From NCBI GenBank assembly GCA_965247095.1, contig OZ251997.1, positions 4,224,001 through 4,288,000 on the forward strand: a stretch of DNA of 64,000 bases, in the 5' to 3' direction. The notes under the pieces were generated by a model that worked only from the letters and a program-made list of their open reading frames with translations, made no database searches and was not told the DNA's origin. The DNA comes from Candidatus Multivorans sp. GTDB taxonomy: Bacteria; Acidobacteriota; Thermoanaerobaculia; Multivoradales; Multivoraceae. A program made the translations under genes and the position numbers. Below, one piece after another: positions 17,017 through 27,203 of this stretch (within the stretch, counting starts at the first letter, position 1; each line of letters starts with the position of its first letter).

Positions 17017-18936
17017 ATGCCCGCGACGATGCTCGGACGGTCCGCTCTACTGGCGTTCGCCGTAACCGCCCTTTCCTGCTCCGCCCCTTCGGCCGAGGAC
17101 GCTGCCGACGCTCCGCGGCCCGGGAACGCGGGCGTCCCACCCGTATCCGCCGCCCACCGGGTCGCCCTGTTCGGCGACCTGCACATCCACACGATGTACT
17201 CGCACGACGCGTTCATGGGCACCGTGCGGACGACGCCTGACGACGCCTACCGGTACGCCAAGGGGGAGGCGATTCCGCACCCCTCGGGCGAACAGTTGCG
17301 GCTCTCCGGCGCGCCGCTCGACTTCCTCGCGGTGACCGACCATGCGGAGTACCTGGGCGCTCTGGCAGCGCTGATCGATCCGTCGAGCGCGACCTACGGA
17401 CATCCCCTGACCGAGGATCTCTTCGGCGGGCTTGGCCGCGGCAACCGGGCGCGGTTGGGAGCGCTGGCCCGGATGCGGGAACTGGCGCGTGCGGGCGACC
17501 CGATCAACGGCCCGGAGGTACGGGGAAGCGCCTGGCAGCGGATCATCGAGGCCGCCGAACGGCACAATGACCCGGGCCGGTTCACGGCGCTGATCGGCTA
17601 CGAGTACACGATGGGGGTGAGTAGCCGCCACTTGCACCGGAACGTGATCTTCCGCGGCAGCGAGGTGCCGGAGCTGCCCTTCAGTTCTCTCGACGGCGAT
17701 CCCGAGGACCTCTGGACCTGGCTCGATGGGCTGCGCGAGGAGGGGATCGAGGCGTTGGCCATGCCGCACAACATGAACCAGAGCGACGGTCTGGCCTTTC
17801 CCGACCGGGAGACCTGGAAGGGCGCGGAGATCGACGCGGCGTTCGCGGCCAAGCGGATACGGAACGAACCGGTGGCCGAGATCAGCCAGCAGAAGGGCAC
17901 CTCGGAGGTCCATCCGTCGCTGTCGCCCAACGACGAGTGGGCCGACTTCCAGATCGTCCAGTACTTCCTGGACCGGGTGAACAACACGGATCCGATCTCG
18001 GTCTTCAAGGGCGGCTACTACCGGGACGCGTTGCTGACCGGGCTGGAGATGGGCGAGAGCCTGGGCGTGAACCCCTACGCTCTCGGTGCGATCGGTTCGA
18101 GCGACAGCCACGTCAGCGCCGGTTCCTTCGAGGAGGACAATCGCTTCTCGGGGAGGGCGAATACGCCCCAGTCCCGCGGTTCCGCCTACAGCGAGGAGGA
18201 CGGCGGCTGGGAGAACTTCTGGACGCCGCGCCAGGCGACCCACGGCAGCGGCGGCCTGGCCGGGGTGTGGGCCGGCGAGAACACCCGTGCGGCGATCTTC
18301 GACGCGCTGAAGCGGCGCGAGTCGTTCGCCACTTCGGGCACGCGCATCCGGGTGCGCTTCTTCGGCGGCTTCGGGCTCGAGGAAGCGCTCGGGGGTGAAC
18401 CCGATGCCGTCGCCGCGGCGTACGAGCACGGCGTGCCGATGGGCGGCGACCTCTCGGGCGGTCAAACCGACGAGTCTCCTGGGAACGCGGGCGTCTCGCC
18501 CGCATCCGGCGCCGGCGCCCCGAGCTTCCTGGTCTGGGCGCTGCGCGACCCGGAGAACGGCTGGCTGCAGCGGGCCCAGGTCATCAAGGGCTGGCTGGAA
18601 GACGGCCAAGCGATGGAGCAGGTCTACGACGTCGGCTGCTCGGACGGCCTGGAGCCCGACCCCGAAACCCACCGCTGCGCCGACAACGGCGCCCTGGTGA
18701 ACCTCGCCGACTGCTCCATCAGCCGCGACAAGGGTGCGGTGGAACTGAGCGCCACCTGGACCGACCCGGACTTCGACCCCGGCGCGCGCTCCTTCTACTA
18801 CGTCCGGGTGCTCGAGAACCCCACCTGCCGCTGGTCCACGTGGGACGCTTTGGGACTCGGCATCGAGCCGAACCCCGACCTGCCCGCGACCCACCAGGAA
18901 CGGGCGTGGAGCTCGCCCATCTGGTACACGCCATGA
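17017..18936 (+). CDS. DUF3604 (PHP-like metallohydrolase) lipoprotein
   Basis: FGDLHIHTMYSHDA, LDFLAVTDHAE, GYEYT, LHRNVIFRG, SSDSH, QERAWSSPIWY; lipobox-like ALSC. Confidence 0.9.
   Translation: MPATMLGRSALLAFAVTALSCSAPSAEDAADAPRPGNAGVPPVSAAHRVALFGDLHIHTMYSHDAFMGTVRTTPDDAYRYAKGEAIPHPSGEQLRLSGAPLDFLAVTDHAEYLGALAALIDPSSATYGHPLTEDLFGGLGRGNRARLGALARMRELARAGDPINGPEVRGSAWQRIIEAAERHNDPGRFTALIGYEYTMGVSSRHLHRNVIFRGSEVPELPFSSLDGDPEDLWTWLDGLREEGIEALAMPHNMNQSDGLAFPDRETWKGAEIDAAFAAKRIRNEPVAEISQQKGTSEVHPSLSPNDEWADFQIVQYFLDRVNNTDPISVFKGGYYRDALLTGLEMGESLGVNPYALGAIGSSDSHVSAGSFEEDNRFSGRANTPQSRGSAYSEEDGGWENFWTPRQATHGSGGLAGVWAGENTRAAIFDALKRRESFATSGTRIRVRFFGGFGLEEALGGEPDAVAAAYEHGVPMGGDLSGGQTDESPGNAGVSPASGAGAPSFLVWALRDPENGWLQRAQVIKGWLEDGQAMEQVYDVGCSDGLEPDPETHRCADNGALVNLADCSISRDKGAVELSATWTDPDFDPGARSFYYVRVLENPTCRWSTWDALGLGIEPNPDLPATHQERAWSSPIWYTP
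17119..17150 (+). repeat. REP family A, in frame (PGNAGVPPVSA) in the DUF3604 N-terminal linker
   Basis: cccgggaacgcgggcgtcccacccgtatccgc. Confidence 0.75.
18478..18510 (+). repeat. REP family A, in frame (PGNAGVSPASG) inside DUF3604
   Basis: cctgggaacgcgggcgtctcgcccgcatccggc; absent at the equivalent position of the paralogue (GGDLLANGDRAPKL). Confidence 0.9.
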
Positions 18937-18999
18937 GGGGGCTTGCTGTGCTTTCGGAGGTGCTGATGCCGAATCGGCAGCGGAATTGGCAGTTCAGGC

Positions 19000-19400
19000 G
19001 TCGCTCGAGGAGATGGCGTTGGACGTGGCGGCCGCGACGGTCTGGCTAGGCGATCACACGGCGAAGTACGGCGGCGACCCGGAACGGATCTTCCTGATGG
19101 GCCACTCGGCCGGCGCCCACCTCGTCTCCCTCGTGGGCACGAACGGAACCCTGCTGGAGCGGCCGGCGGTTCGCTCGAGGATCTGCGCGGCGTCATCTCG
19201 CTGGACACGGCGATGTACAACGTGCCCCTGCAGATGGAGGTCGCCGGGGAATCCCAGCGTCAGGCATTCGGCGAGGACCCGGCGGTGTGGCGCAGGGCGT
19301 CGCCCTGGCACTACGTCGAAGCGGGCAAGGGGATTCCGCCGTTCCTCGTGTTCATCTCCGACGGCCGCGCGCAGGGCCCGGTGCAACCGATTCCGTTCAC
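19000..19400 (+). pseudogene. Alpha/beta hydrolase (carboxylesterase-like) fragment, frameshifted
   Basis: YGGDPERIFLMGHSAGAHL in one frame, GVISLDTAMYNV...ASPWHYVEAGKGIPPFLV in another; both termini missing. Confidence 0.75.
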
Positions 19401-19425
19401 GAACCGGATGCCCGCGATGGCGGCC

Positions 19426-20721
19426 CTAGCCGCCCGAGACGGTCTCTTCCTCGGTCGCCTTCTTCTCGACCGGTTCGAGCTTCAGCACCGCGGCGTTGTT
19501 CTCCTCCGTGAGGATGTAGAGCAGGTCGTCGGGGCCCTGGCGGACGTCGCGGATGCGCTTGCGGATGTCCGTGAGTAGCCACTCGCGGCCGAGCTCTTCG
19601 CCCTTGGGGCTGAAGATGAGCCGTTCGACGTGCCCGGTGTTCGGCATGCGACCGGTCATCAGAGCCCCGGCGAACAGATTGCCCTTCCACTCGGGGAAGG
19701 CGTCGCCGGTGTAGAAGGCGAGTCCGGAAGGGGCGATGGACGGCAGCCAGAAGATCGCCGGCTCCTCCATGCCTTCGGCCCAGAAGCGCTCGGAGATGCG
19801 GACTCCGTTGTAGTGGCGGCCGTAGGAGACCACGGGCCAGCCGTAGTTCTTGCCCGCCTCGATCGCGTTCAGCTCGTCGCCGCCCTGCGGGGCGTGTTCC
19901 GTGGTCCAGGGGACGCCGGTCTCGGGGTGGAGCGCCAGCCCCATCTGGTTCCGGTGGCCCATGGAGTAGACCTCCGGCTTGTGCCCTTCCTTGCCAACGA
20001 ACGGGTTGTCGTCAGGCGCGCTGCCGTCGAGGCGCATGCGCAGCAGCTTGCCGGCGTGGCTGTTCGGGTCCTGGGCCAGTTTGGCCTGGCCGAAGAAGCT
20101 CTGCGTGCCGTCGACGAGGTCGGCGCCGAAGGCGCCGCCCATGGTCATGAACATGATGTCCTCGCCGGGCACGAAGGCGAGCCGGGCGGCGGCGACCGAG
20201 CCGCCCCAGGGCTCGGCGACGAACACGTCCTCGACATCGACCAGGGACGTGCCGTCGAGCCGGCCGCGGACGAGGGCCACGGTACCCTCGCGGCCGGAAG
20301 TCTGCCGAGTGTAGGTCAGGTAGACGTACCCGTTGTCGGCGAAGTGCGGGTGCACCGCGACCTCCATCATGCCGGCGAGACTGCGGGCCAGGACATCGTC
20401 GGGCACGCCGGCGATCGGCTCGTCAACGAGCACGCCGTCGCGGATCAGGCGCAGGGCGCCCTTGCGCTCGGTCACCAGCATGTCGCCCTTGGGCAGGAAG
20501 GCCAGGGACCAGGGATGGTCGAGGCCCCGGGCGACGACGGAGACGCGCACCTCGGGAATCATGTGGGTGTTCATGATCCACGGCTCGTCCGGCAGTTCGA
20601 CCCGGGGGATGCCGCTTCCCCTGCCGCCATACCCGGTTTGGGCGGCGGCCCCGCCGGTGACGGCGGCGGCGAGTAGGAGCATGGCGATCGCGGTCAGTCG
20701 CGTTTTGGTCGTTCGGTTCAT
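19426..20721 (-). CDS. PQQ-dependent soluble sugar (glucose/sorbosone) dehydrogenase
   Basis: GLDHPWSLAFLP, GHRNQMGL, EHAPQGGDELN, GKNYGWP, RIRDVRQGPD. Confidence 0.92.
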   Translation of the reverse strand: MNRTTKTRLTAIAMLLLAAAVTGGAAAQTGYGGRGSGIPRVELPDEPWIMNTHMIPEVRVSVVARGLDHPWSLAFLPKGDMLVTERKGALRLIRDGVLVDEPIAGVPDDVLARSLAGMMEVAVHPHFADNGYVYLTYTRQTSGREGTVALVRGRLDGTSLVDVEDVFVAEPWGGSVAAARLAFVPGEDIMFMTMGGAFGADLVDGTQSFFGQAKLAQDPNSHAGKLLRMRLDGSAPDDNPFVGKEGHKPEVYSMGHRNQMGLALHPETGVPWTTEHAPQGGDELNAIEAGKNYGWPVVSYGRHYNGVRISERFWAEGMEEPAIFWLPSIAPSGLAFYTGDAFPEWKGNLFAGALMTGRMPNTGHVERLIFSPKGEELGREWLLTDIRKRIRDVRQGPDDLLYILTEENNAAVLKLEPVEKKATEEETVSGG

Positions 20722-20749
20722 CGTGTGTCTCCGTCTGGTTTTCGCCGGC

Positions 20750-20781
20750 CCTGGGAACGCGGGCGTCTCGCCCGCATCCGC
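20750..20781 (+). repeat. REP family A, intergenic
   Basis: cctgggaacgcgggcgtctcgcccgcatccgc. Confidence 0.9.
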
Positions 20782-21231
20782 TTAGCCGTCCTCTTCATCC
20801 GACTCCGACTCGGGGTCCGATTCCGGTTCCGAGTCGGATTCCGGCCACTCCGCACCCTGTTCGATCCACAGACGGATCGTCTCGATCTGCTCGACCGTCA
20901 ACTGGGTGCCCGCCTCGTGCGGCGGCATCCGCATCTCCGCGAATTCGGAACTGACCCGGAGGTAGAGCTCGCTGTCGTCGGGGTCGCCGGGCGCGATATT
21001 GGGATAGCCGCCGAGGTCGGCGAAAGCGCGCTCCTTGATGTCGAGCCTGAGATTCGCCTCCCGGCGCGCACGGTCGGGACCATGGCACTCGTAGCAGAAG
21101 GCCTCGAGAATGGGCTGCACCTGGGTGGCGTAGTCGACCTTGTCCTCGGTGTGGCCGTTCGCCCGCGGGGCCCCGATCCAGCCCGCGGCGAGCAGAGCCA
21201 GCGGAATGGTGAACAGACGGCGTGCTCTCAT
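20782..21231 (-). CDS. Planctomycete-type cytochrome c domain protein
   Basis: Signal peptide, VQPILEAFCYECHG, LRLD, PGDPDDSEL, RMPP, IRLWIEQGA. Confidence 0.85.
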   Translation of the reverse strand: MRARRLFTIPLALLAAGWIGAPRANGHTEDKVDYATQVQPILEAFCYECHGPDRARREANLRLDIKERAFADLGGYPNIAPGDPDDSELYLRVSSEFAEMRMPPHEAGTQLTVEQIETIRLWIEQGAEWPESDSEPESDPESESDEEDG

Positions 21232-21344
21232 TCCTCCCTTCCCTCCAAGCGGAGAGACCCGCGACGGCTCAGCGGCTCGAGCTGCTCGCAGCGGGTCTCG
21301 GCTAAAGTGTAGCCCTTTTGGTGCAGCGGAGCAGCGGGTAGCCT

Positions 21345-22890
21345 TGTCCCATGACAGATGAGCCTGAAGGAGCGGCGTCAATCCCTCGAGAGATGAGCCT
21401 GAGAGTGGGTTGGGGATCATTGGAGGATGATCTTGCGACTCGATATCGAACGGCTGCGGACCCTCGACGAGGTCCGCGACTTCATGGTCGGCAGCGCGCC
21501 GGTCGACTTCCGCTTCGTGAAGCGGGCCCATGCGTACGATTTTGTGCGGCGGGTTCTGGTGCGTTCGCGCTACTTTCGACTGTCGAGGCCCGACAAGGGT
21601 CTGGTGCGGCGCTTCCTGGTCAAGGTGACGGGGTTCAGTCGGGCGCAGATCGCGCGGTTGATCTCTCAGTACCGGGATACGGGGCGCATCGAGGATCGGC
21701 GCCGGGGTCCGAAGCGTCCGTTTCCCCGGCGCTACACGAAGGCGGACATCGGTCTGCTGGCCGAGGTGGACGAGACCCTTGGCGGTCTGTGCGGCGCGGT
21801 CACTCGGCGCATGATGCAGCGCCAGTACGCGGTGTTCGGGGATGTGCGGTTCGAGCGTCTGGCGGGGCTCTCGAACAGCCATCTGTACCGGCTTCGCCAG
21901 TCGACAGCGTACCGGCGCCGTCGCCTGACGGTGGCCAGGACGCGGTCGACGCAGGTACGCATCGGGGAGCGCCGCAAGCCTCATCCCGCGGGTCGGCCGG
22001 GCTTTCTGCGAGTGGATTCGATCCATCAGGGCGACCTGGACGGGGAGAAGGGTCTGTACGAGATCAATCTTGTGGACGAGGTCACGCAGTACGAGTTCGT
22101 GGCCGCTGTAGAGGGCATTTCGGAGCGTTTCCTGGTTCCGGCCCTGGAAGGGTCGATCGAGGCTTTCCCCTTCATCATCCGCGGCTTCCACGCCGACAAC
22201 GGCTCCGAGTACATCAACTACCGGGTGGCCGCGCTGCTGCGCAAGCTGCACATCGAGGAGTTCACCAAGTCCCGCCCGAGGCGCTGCAACGACAACGCCC
22301 TGGTCGAGAGCAAGAACGCCTCGGTGGTGCGGCGGTACCTCGGCTACGACCACATTCCCCGGCGTCATGCCGCACTCGTCAACGACTTCCTGCGCGACGC
22401 GCTCGCTCCGTTCCTCAACTACCACCGGCCCTGCCACTTCCCCGTCGAGACGACAGACGCCAAGGGTCGCAAGCGAAAGACCTACCCCTTCGACAACGTC
22501 ACCACGCCCTACCTCAAGCTGAAGTCGCTCGACGGCGCCGCCCTCTGCCTGCGACAAGGCGTCACCTTCGAGAAACTCGACCAACAGGCCCTGGCACTCG
22601 ACGACCTCACCGCGGCCAGCGCCGTCAACGACGCCCTCGTCGCACTGTTCGCCGAAATCCACCGCCGCGAAGCCACCGTCGCATGAGCAAGCCGCCGCCG
22701 CCCCCGTCTCTCGCGCCTCGCGCCACGCACTTCGTGCACCTCCACCGCGGCTCGCGGTCCCCGCGCTACCGTTGGTCCCTGGTGCCGATCTCCGCTTCGC
22801 TTCGATCAGCAGCCCTGAAACTCGCCCCGCCGCACTCTCTCGCCGCAACTCCCGAAGGAGCCCCCTTCAGGCTCATCTCTGAATGGGACT
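21345..22890 (+). mobile_element. Insertion sequence with rve/DDE transposase, copy B (same family as copy A)
   Basis: Ends TGTCCCATGACAGATGAGCCTGAA and reverse complement AGTCCCATTCAGAGATGAGCCTGAA; internal gatgagcctga repeat 35 bp inward. Confidence 0.82.
21427..22686 (+). CDS. Transposase, integrase core (rve) domain
   Basis: PGFLRVDSIHQGD, GFHADNGSEYIN, NDNALVESKN; colinear with 15586-16857. Confidence 0.92.
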   Translation: MILRLDIERLRTLDEVRDFMVGSAPVDFRFVKRAHAYDFVRRVLVRSRYFRLSRPDKGLVRRFLVKVTGFSRAQIARLISQYRDTGRIEDRRRGPKRPFPRRYTKADIGLLAEVDETLGGLCGAVTRRMMQRQYAVFGDVRFERLAGLSNSHLYRLRQSTAYRRRRLTVARTRSTQVRIGERRKPHPAGRPGFLRVDSIHQGDLDGEKGLYEINLVDEVTQYEFVAAVEGISERFLVPALEGSIEAFPFIIRGFHADNGSEYINYRVAALLRKLHIEEFTKSRPRRCNDNALVESKNASVVRRYLGYDHIPRRHAALVNDFLRDALAPFLNYHRPCHFPVETTDAKGRKRKTYPFDNVTTPYLKLKSLDGAALCLRQGVTFEKLDQQALALDDLTAASAVNDALVALFAEIHRREATVA

Positions 22891-22898
22891 ATGCTCGG

Positions 22899-24761
22899 GT
22901 GAAACAACAGGCGAGGATCGCAACCGTGGCGGCGGTGTTTGCAGCGGCCCTGCTTTCCTGCGGAGCGGCCTCGGACGGCGCGGGCGACGGCGACTGGCCC
23001 ATGTACCGGGGCGACGCGGCCGGTACGGGCTACTCGCCGCTCGACGAACTGAACGCCGCGAACGTCGCCGGTCTCGCGCAGGCCTGGAGCTACTCCCTGG
23101 CGTCGGCGCCGGTGGCCGGTGATGACGGAACCGAGCAGTCGCGGCCCGCCCGCTCCCAGGCGACGCCGATCGTCGTGGACGGCGTGATGTACCTGCCGAC
23201 GGCGGACGCGGTGGTCGCACTCGATCCGGCCACGGGCGAGGAGATCTGGCGGCGACCCGTGACCGGCGGAGCGCCGTCCCGCCGCGGTGTCTCGTTCTGG
23301 CCGGGCGGCGGCGCGGACGACCTCGCGCCCCGCATCCTGTTCTGCGCCGGCGAGCGGCTGATCGCGCTCGACGCCGCGTCCGGCGCGCCGGTCCCGGACT
23401 TCGGCAGCGGTGGCGAGGTCGACATCGGCGTGCCCTACAACTCGGTGCCCCTGGTGTGGGAGGACATCGTGGTCGTGGGCGCGAACACGCCGCGCGGGGC
23501 GCCGGGCGGCATCGGCAACGCGCGGGCCTTCAGCGCCGTGACTGGTGCGAAGCTGTGGGAGTTCAACTCCGTGCCGCAGCCGGGGGAGGTCGGCCATGAC
23601 ACCTGGGACGGCGACAGTTGGCGCGGCCGGCTGGGCGCGAACGCCTGGCCGTTCTACTTCACGGTCGACGACGAGCGGGAGCTCGTGTTCCTGCCGCTCG
23701 CTTCGCCGATTCCGTTCGCCTACGGCGGCGACCGGCCCGGGGCCAACCTGTTCGCCAACGCGGTGGTCGCGGTAAACCTCCGGACCGGCGAGTACCGCTG
23801 GCACTTCCAGACCATCCACCACGACATCTGGGACCACGACCCGCCGGCGCCGCCGGTGCTCTTCGACATCGAGCGCGGCGGCGAGACGATCGACGCCCTC
23901 GCGGTGACGACGAAGTCCGGCTATCTCTTCATCCTGAGCCGGGAGACCGGCGAACCGGTCTTCGGCGTCGAGGAGGCGCCGATGCCGGCTAGCGAGGCGC
24001 CCGGGGAACGGACCCACCCCACGCAACCGATTCCGGGGACACCGGCGTTGGCGCGGGTCGGCTACGTGCCGGCGGACCTGGTCAGTGCGGAGGACACGAC
24101 GGCGGAACACGCCGAAGCCTGCGCCGAACTCGTCGACAGCGCCGGTCCGCTCCACAACGAGGGTCCGTACACGCCGTGGCTTCACAAGGGCGACGGGGAC
24201 AGCGGCGCGACCCTGCTCTTCCCGGGGCTGGCAGGCGGCCCGAACTGGGGCGGCGTCGCGTTCGACCCGGCCAACCGCCGGCTGCTGGCCTTCAGCCAGG
24301 ACGTCGGCGCGATGGCCTGGGTGGAGGAGGATCCGGAGGCGGACCCCGCCACCTACGTCCTGCGGGTGGCCCGGCCGTTCTCCTTCGCGGTTCGCATCGG
24401 CGATCAGTCCTGGCCGTGCCAGAAGCCGCCGTGGGGTCAGGTGACCGCGGTTGACGCCGACACCGGCGAGGTCGCATGGCAGCGGCCGGTTGGGGTCACC
24501 GAAGGCCTGCCGGTCGAGAAGCAGGAGACCGGCCGTCCGGGCCGCGCCTCGGCGATCGTCACCGCCGGTGGCCTCGCCTTCATCGCCGCCACCGACGACC
24601 GTCGGTTTCGGGCGCTCGACGCCGCCACCGGCGACGAGTTGTGGTCGACGGAGTTGCCACTCCAGGGGAACGCGAATCCGCTGACCTACCTGGGCGTCGA
24701 CGGCCGGCAGTACCTGGCGATCGCGGCGACGGAGGAGGTGCTGGCGTTCCGGCTGCCGTAG
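22899..24761 (+). CDS. PQQ-dependent dehydrogenase (quinoprotein glucose dehydrogenase-like), lipoprotein
   Basis: DWPMYRGD..GTGYSPL, QATPIVVDGVMY, WHFQTIHHDIWDHD, GGPNWGG, CQKPPWG, NPLTY; start probably GTG at 22899. Confidence 0.9.
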   Translation: MKQQARIATVAAVFAAALLSCGAASDGAGDGDWPMYRGDAAGTGYSPLDELNAANVAGLAQAWSYSLASAPVAGDDGTEQSRPARSQATPIVVDGVMYLPTADAVVALDPATGEEIWRRPVTGGAPSRRGVSFWPGGGADDLAPRILFCAGERLIALDAASGAPVPDFGSGGEVDIGVPYNSVPLVWEDIVVVGANTPRGAPGGIGNARAFSAVTGAKLWEFNSVPQPGEVGHDTWDGDSWRGRLGANAWPFYFTVDDERELVFLPLASPIPFAYGGDRPGANLFANAVVAVNLRTGEYRWHFQTIHHDIWDHDPPAPPVLFDIERGGETIDALAVTTKSGYLFILSRETGEPVFGVEEAPMPASEAPGERTHPTQPIPGTPALARVGYVPADLVSAEDTTAEHAEACAELVDSAGPLHNEGPYTPWLHKGDGDSGATLLFPGLAGGPNWGGVAFDPANRRLLAFSQDVGAMAWVEEDPEADPATYVLRVARPFSFAVRIGDQSWPCQKPPWGQVTAVDADTGEVAWQRPVGVTEGLPVEKQETGRPGRASAIVTAGGLAFIAATDDRRFRALDAATGDELWSTELPLQGNANPLTYLGVDGRQYLAIAATEEVLAFRLP

Positions 24762-24776
24762 CGCTGCCGCTTCGCG

Positions 24777-24808
24777 GCGGATGCGGGCGAGACGCCCGCG
24801 TTCCCAGG
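24777..24808 (-). repeat. REP family A, intergenic, inverted
   Basis: gcggatgcgggcgagacgcccgcgttcccagg. Confidence 0.9.
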
Positions 24809-24892
24809 TCGGACGCCGACGCGCTCAAAGCGCCGTTGCGGACTGTTACAGTTGCCGCTTGCGTTTGCAGCACCGGCGTAGCCGCGAGAGGG

Positions 24893-25948
24893 ATGTCTTC
24901 ACACGACGAGAGCAAGGGCCCGGAGGGTTACGATCAGCCTGCGGTTGAGGCTTGGATCGCCGAACACGTCGACGCCCTGCGACCGCCGCTCCGGTGGACG
25001 CGGCTCGAGGGCGGTCACTCGAATCTGACCTACCGGCTCGACGACGCCGACGGCAGGAAGGCGGTTATCCGGCGTCCGCCACAGGGCAAGCTGCTGCCCA
25101 AGGCGCACGACATGAGTCGCGAGTGGTCGTTGATCTCGGCGCTCGGGCCGACGCCGGTGCCGGTGCCGCCGGCGCTCGCGTTCTGCGAGAGCCCGGACAT
25201 CACCGGCGCCTGGTTCTACGTCATGGGCCTGGTCGACGGGCGCCCGCTCTACAGCTCCGTTCACACCGAGGAGTGGGTGCCCGAGGAGCGGCGCGTGAAG
25301 CTCGCGCATTCCTTCATCGACGTGCTTGCCGAGCTCCATGCCGTCGATCCGGATGAGGTGGGGCTCGGCGCGCTCGGCAAGCGGGACAGTTACGTTGGAC
25401 GGCAACTGCGGACCTGGTACCGGTCCTGGACCGCGTCCGTGGCGCCGGCGAACCTCGACGACCCGCGCGCCCACGAACTGCAGCGGTACTTCCTGGACCA
25501 TCTGCCGGACCAGGGGCCGGCGCGCGTCGTCCACGGCGACTACGGGCTGCACAACTGCCTCGTTGGACCGGAGTCTGTGATCGCCGCCGTCGTCGACTGG
25601 GAGATCTCGACCCTCGGCGATCCGCTGGCCGACCTCGCCTACGCGATGAACCAGTGGACGCCGGCGGTGAACACCATGCCGAGCGGCGGCGGCGGCGCCA
25701 CCGGGGCGCCCGGCTTTCCGGCGCGCGAGGCTCTTCTGGAGCGCTACGCCGAGCGCACCGGCAGGGATATCTCGCACCTCGACTACTACGTCGGCTTCAA
25801 CCGCTGGAAGTCGGCGGCGATCGTCCACGGCGTCTACGCGCGTTACATGGAAGGCAAGAAGAGCACCGAGGGCGTCGACATGGACGAGATGCGCCAGCGC
25901 ATCGTGAGGACGCTGGACCTGGCAGAAGAGGCGGTGAGCCGGCTCTGA
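24893..25948 (+). CDS. Phosphotransferase family protein (APH/ACAD10-like)
   Basis: GGHSNLTY, RRPP.G.LLPKAHDMSRE, VHGDY, DWEISTLGDPLADL. Confidence 0.9.
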   Translation: MSSHDESKGPEGYDQPAVEAWIAEHVDALRPPLRWTRLEGGHSNLTYRLDDADGRKAVIRRPPQGKLLPKAHDMSREWSLISALGPTPVPVPPALAFCESPDITGAWFYVMGLVDGRPLYSSVHTEEWVPEERRVKLAHSFIDVLAELHAVDPDEVGLGALGKRDSYVGRQLRTWYRSWTASVAPANLDDPRAHELQRYFLDHLPDQGPARVVHGDYGLHNCLVGPESVIAAVVDWEISTLGDPLADLAYAMNQWTPAVNTMPSGGGGATGAPGFPAREALLERYAERTGRDISHLDYYVGFNRWKSAAIVHGVYARYMEGKKSTEGVDMDEMRQRIVRTLDLAEEAVSRL

Positions 25949-25958
25949 GGAGACCAAC

Positions 25959-27203
25959 ATGAGCAAGCGGAAAGCCGCAGACGTCACCCCAACGAGAAGA
26001 CGACAGGAGCGGCCCAGCCGCCGTGCCTTCATGGGGCTTGCCGGTATGGCTGCCGCGGGCTCACTGGGCGCCGCCCGGGCGCAGACATCAGGTGAGATCC
26101 GGGATCTCGGCGAGACGCCCAGCGAGTACGGGCAGCCGTCGCCGTTTGCCGGCGCCAAGCGGTGGAGCCGCGCCCCAGACGCGACGGCGTCGTCCTCGAA
26201 CACGCCGCTCGCGGACACCGAGGGCATCGTCACGCCGTCCGGATTGCACTTCGAGCGCCATCACACCGGCGTACCGGGGATCGACCCGGACACCCACCGC
26301 CTGACCATCCACGGCCTGGTCGACCGGCCGCTGGTCTTCTCGATGGACGATCTGGTCCGCATGCCGTCGGTGTCCCGGTTCCACTTCATCGAGTGCTCGG
26401 GGAACAGCGCCCGCGAGTGGTCGCCGGCCGGCGCCGCGAGCGTGCAGCTCAGCCACGGGCTCGCGAGCTGCAGCGAGTGGACCGGCGTGCTGCTCGCGGA
26501 TCTGTTGGCCGAGGCCGGCGTCAAGCCGGAGGCGAGCTGGGTCGTCGCCGAAGGCGCCGACGCGGGCCTGATGAGCCGCAGCGTGCCGATCGAGAGGGCG
26601 CTCGACGACGTGATCATCGCTTACGGCCAGAACGGTGAGCCGGTGCGGCCCGAGCAGGGATATCCGCTGCGGCTACTGGCGCCGGGCTGCGAGGGCAGCG
26701 TCAACGTCAAGTGGCTGCGCCGGCTCGAGGTGGCGCACATGCCCTCGATGGCCCGTGACGAGACCTCCAAGTACACGGACCTCCTGCCCGACGGCAAGGC
26801 GCGCCAGTTCACCCTGGTCATGGACGCCAAGTCCGTGATCACGCGGCCCTCGGGCGAGCAGAAGCTGAACGGGCCTGGTTTCCACGAGATCCGCGGTCTG
26901 GCCTGGTCGGGCCGCGGCGCGATCAGCCGTGTCGAGGTGTCGACGGACGGCGGCCGCTCGTGGAGCGACGCCGAGATCGACGGCCCGCGCCACGCCAAGG
27001 CCTTCACCCGCTTCCGGTCGCCCTGGCGCTGGGACGGCGGCCGCCACGTCCTGATGTCCCGGGCCACCGATGACACCGGCTACGTGCAGCCGACCCTGGC
27101 CGCGCTGCTCGAGGCGAGGGGCCGGTCGACCATCTACCACAACAACCGGATCAAGGCCTGGGAGGTCAAGGAGTCGGGGGAGGTGACGAATGTCGAGGCC
27201 TAG
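25959..27203 (+). CDS. soxC: SoxC-like molybdopterin sulfite/sulfane dehydrogenase
   Basis: Tat signal SRRAFM, TPSGLHFERHH, FIECSGNS, EQGYPLRL, GLAWSGRG, ATDDTGYVQP. Confidence 0.88.
   Translation: MSKRKAADVTPTRRRQERPSRRAFMGLAGMAAAGSLGAARAQTSGEIRDLGETPSEYGQPSPFAGAKRWSRAPDATASSSNTPLADTEGIVTPSGLHFERHHTGVPGIDPDTHRLTIHGLVDRPLVFSMDDLVRMPSVSRFHFIECSGNSAREWSPAGAASVQLSHGLASCSEWTGVLLADLLAEAGVKPEASWVVAEGADAGLMSRSVPIERALDDVIIAYGQNGEPVRPEQGYPLRLLAPGCEGSVNVKWLRRLEVAHMPSMARDETSKYTDLLPDGKARQFTLVMDAKSVITRPSGEQKLNGPGFHEIRGLAWSGRGAISRVEVSTDGGRSWSDAEIDGPRHAKAFTRFRSPWRWDGGRHVLMSRATDDTGYVQPTLAALLEARGRSTIYHNNRIKAWEVKESGEVTNVEA

Noticed and set aside
15550-18936. 1128-aa ORF as one giant protein
   Set aside because: The first half is the antisense frame of the transposase; the real DUF3604 gene starts near 17017.
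21351-24761. 1136-aa ORF as a transposase-PQQ fusion
   Set aside because: The N-terminal part is an alternative frame through the IS; the PQQ gene has its own signal peptide from about 22899.
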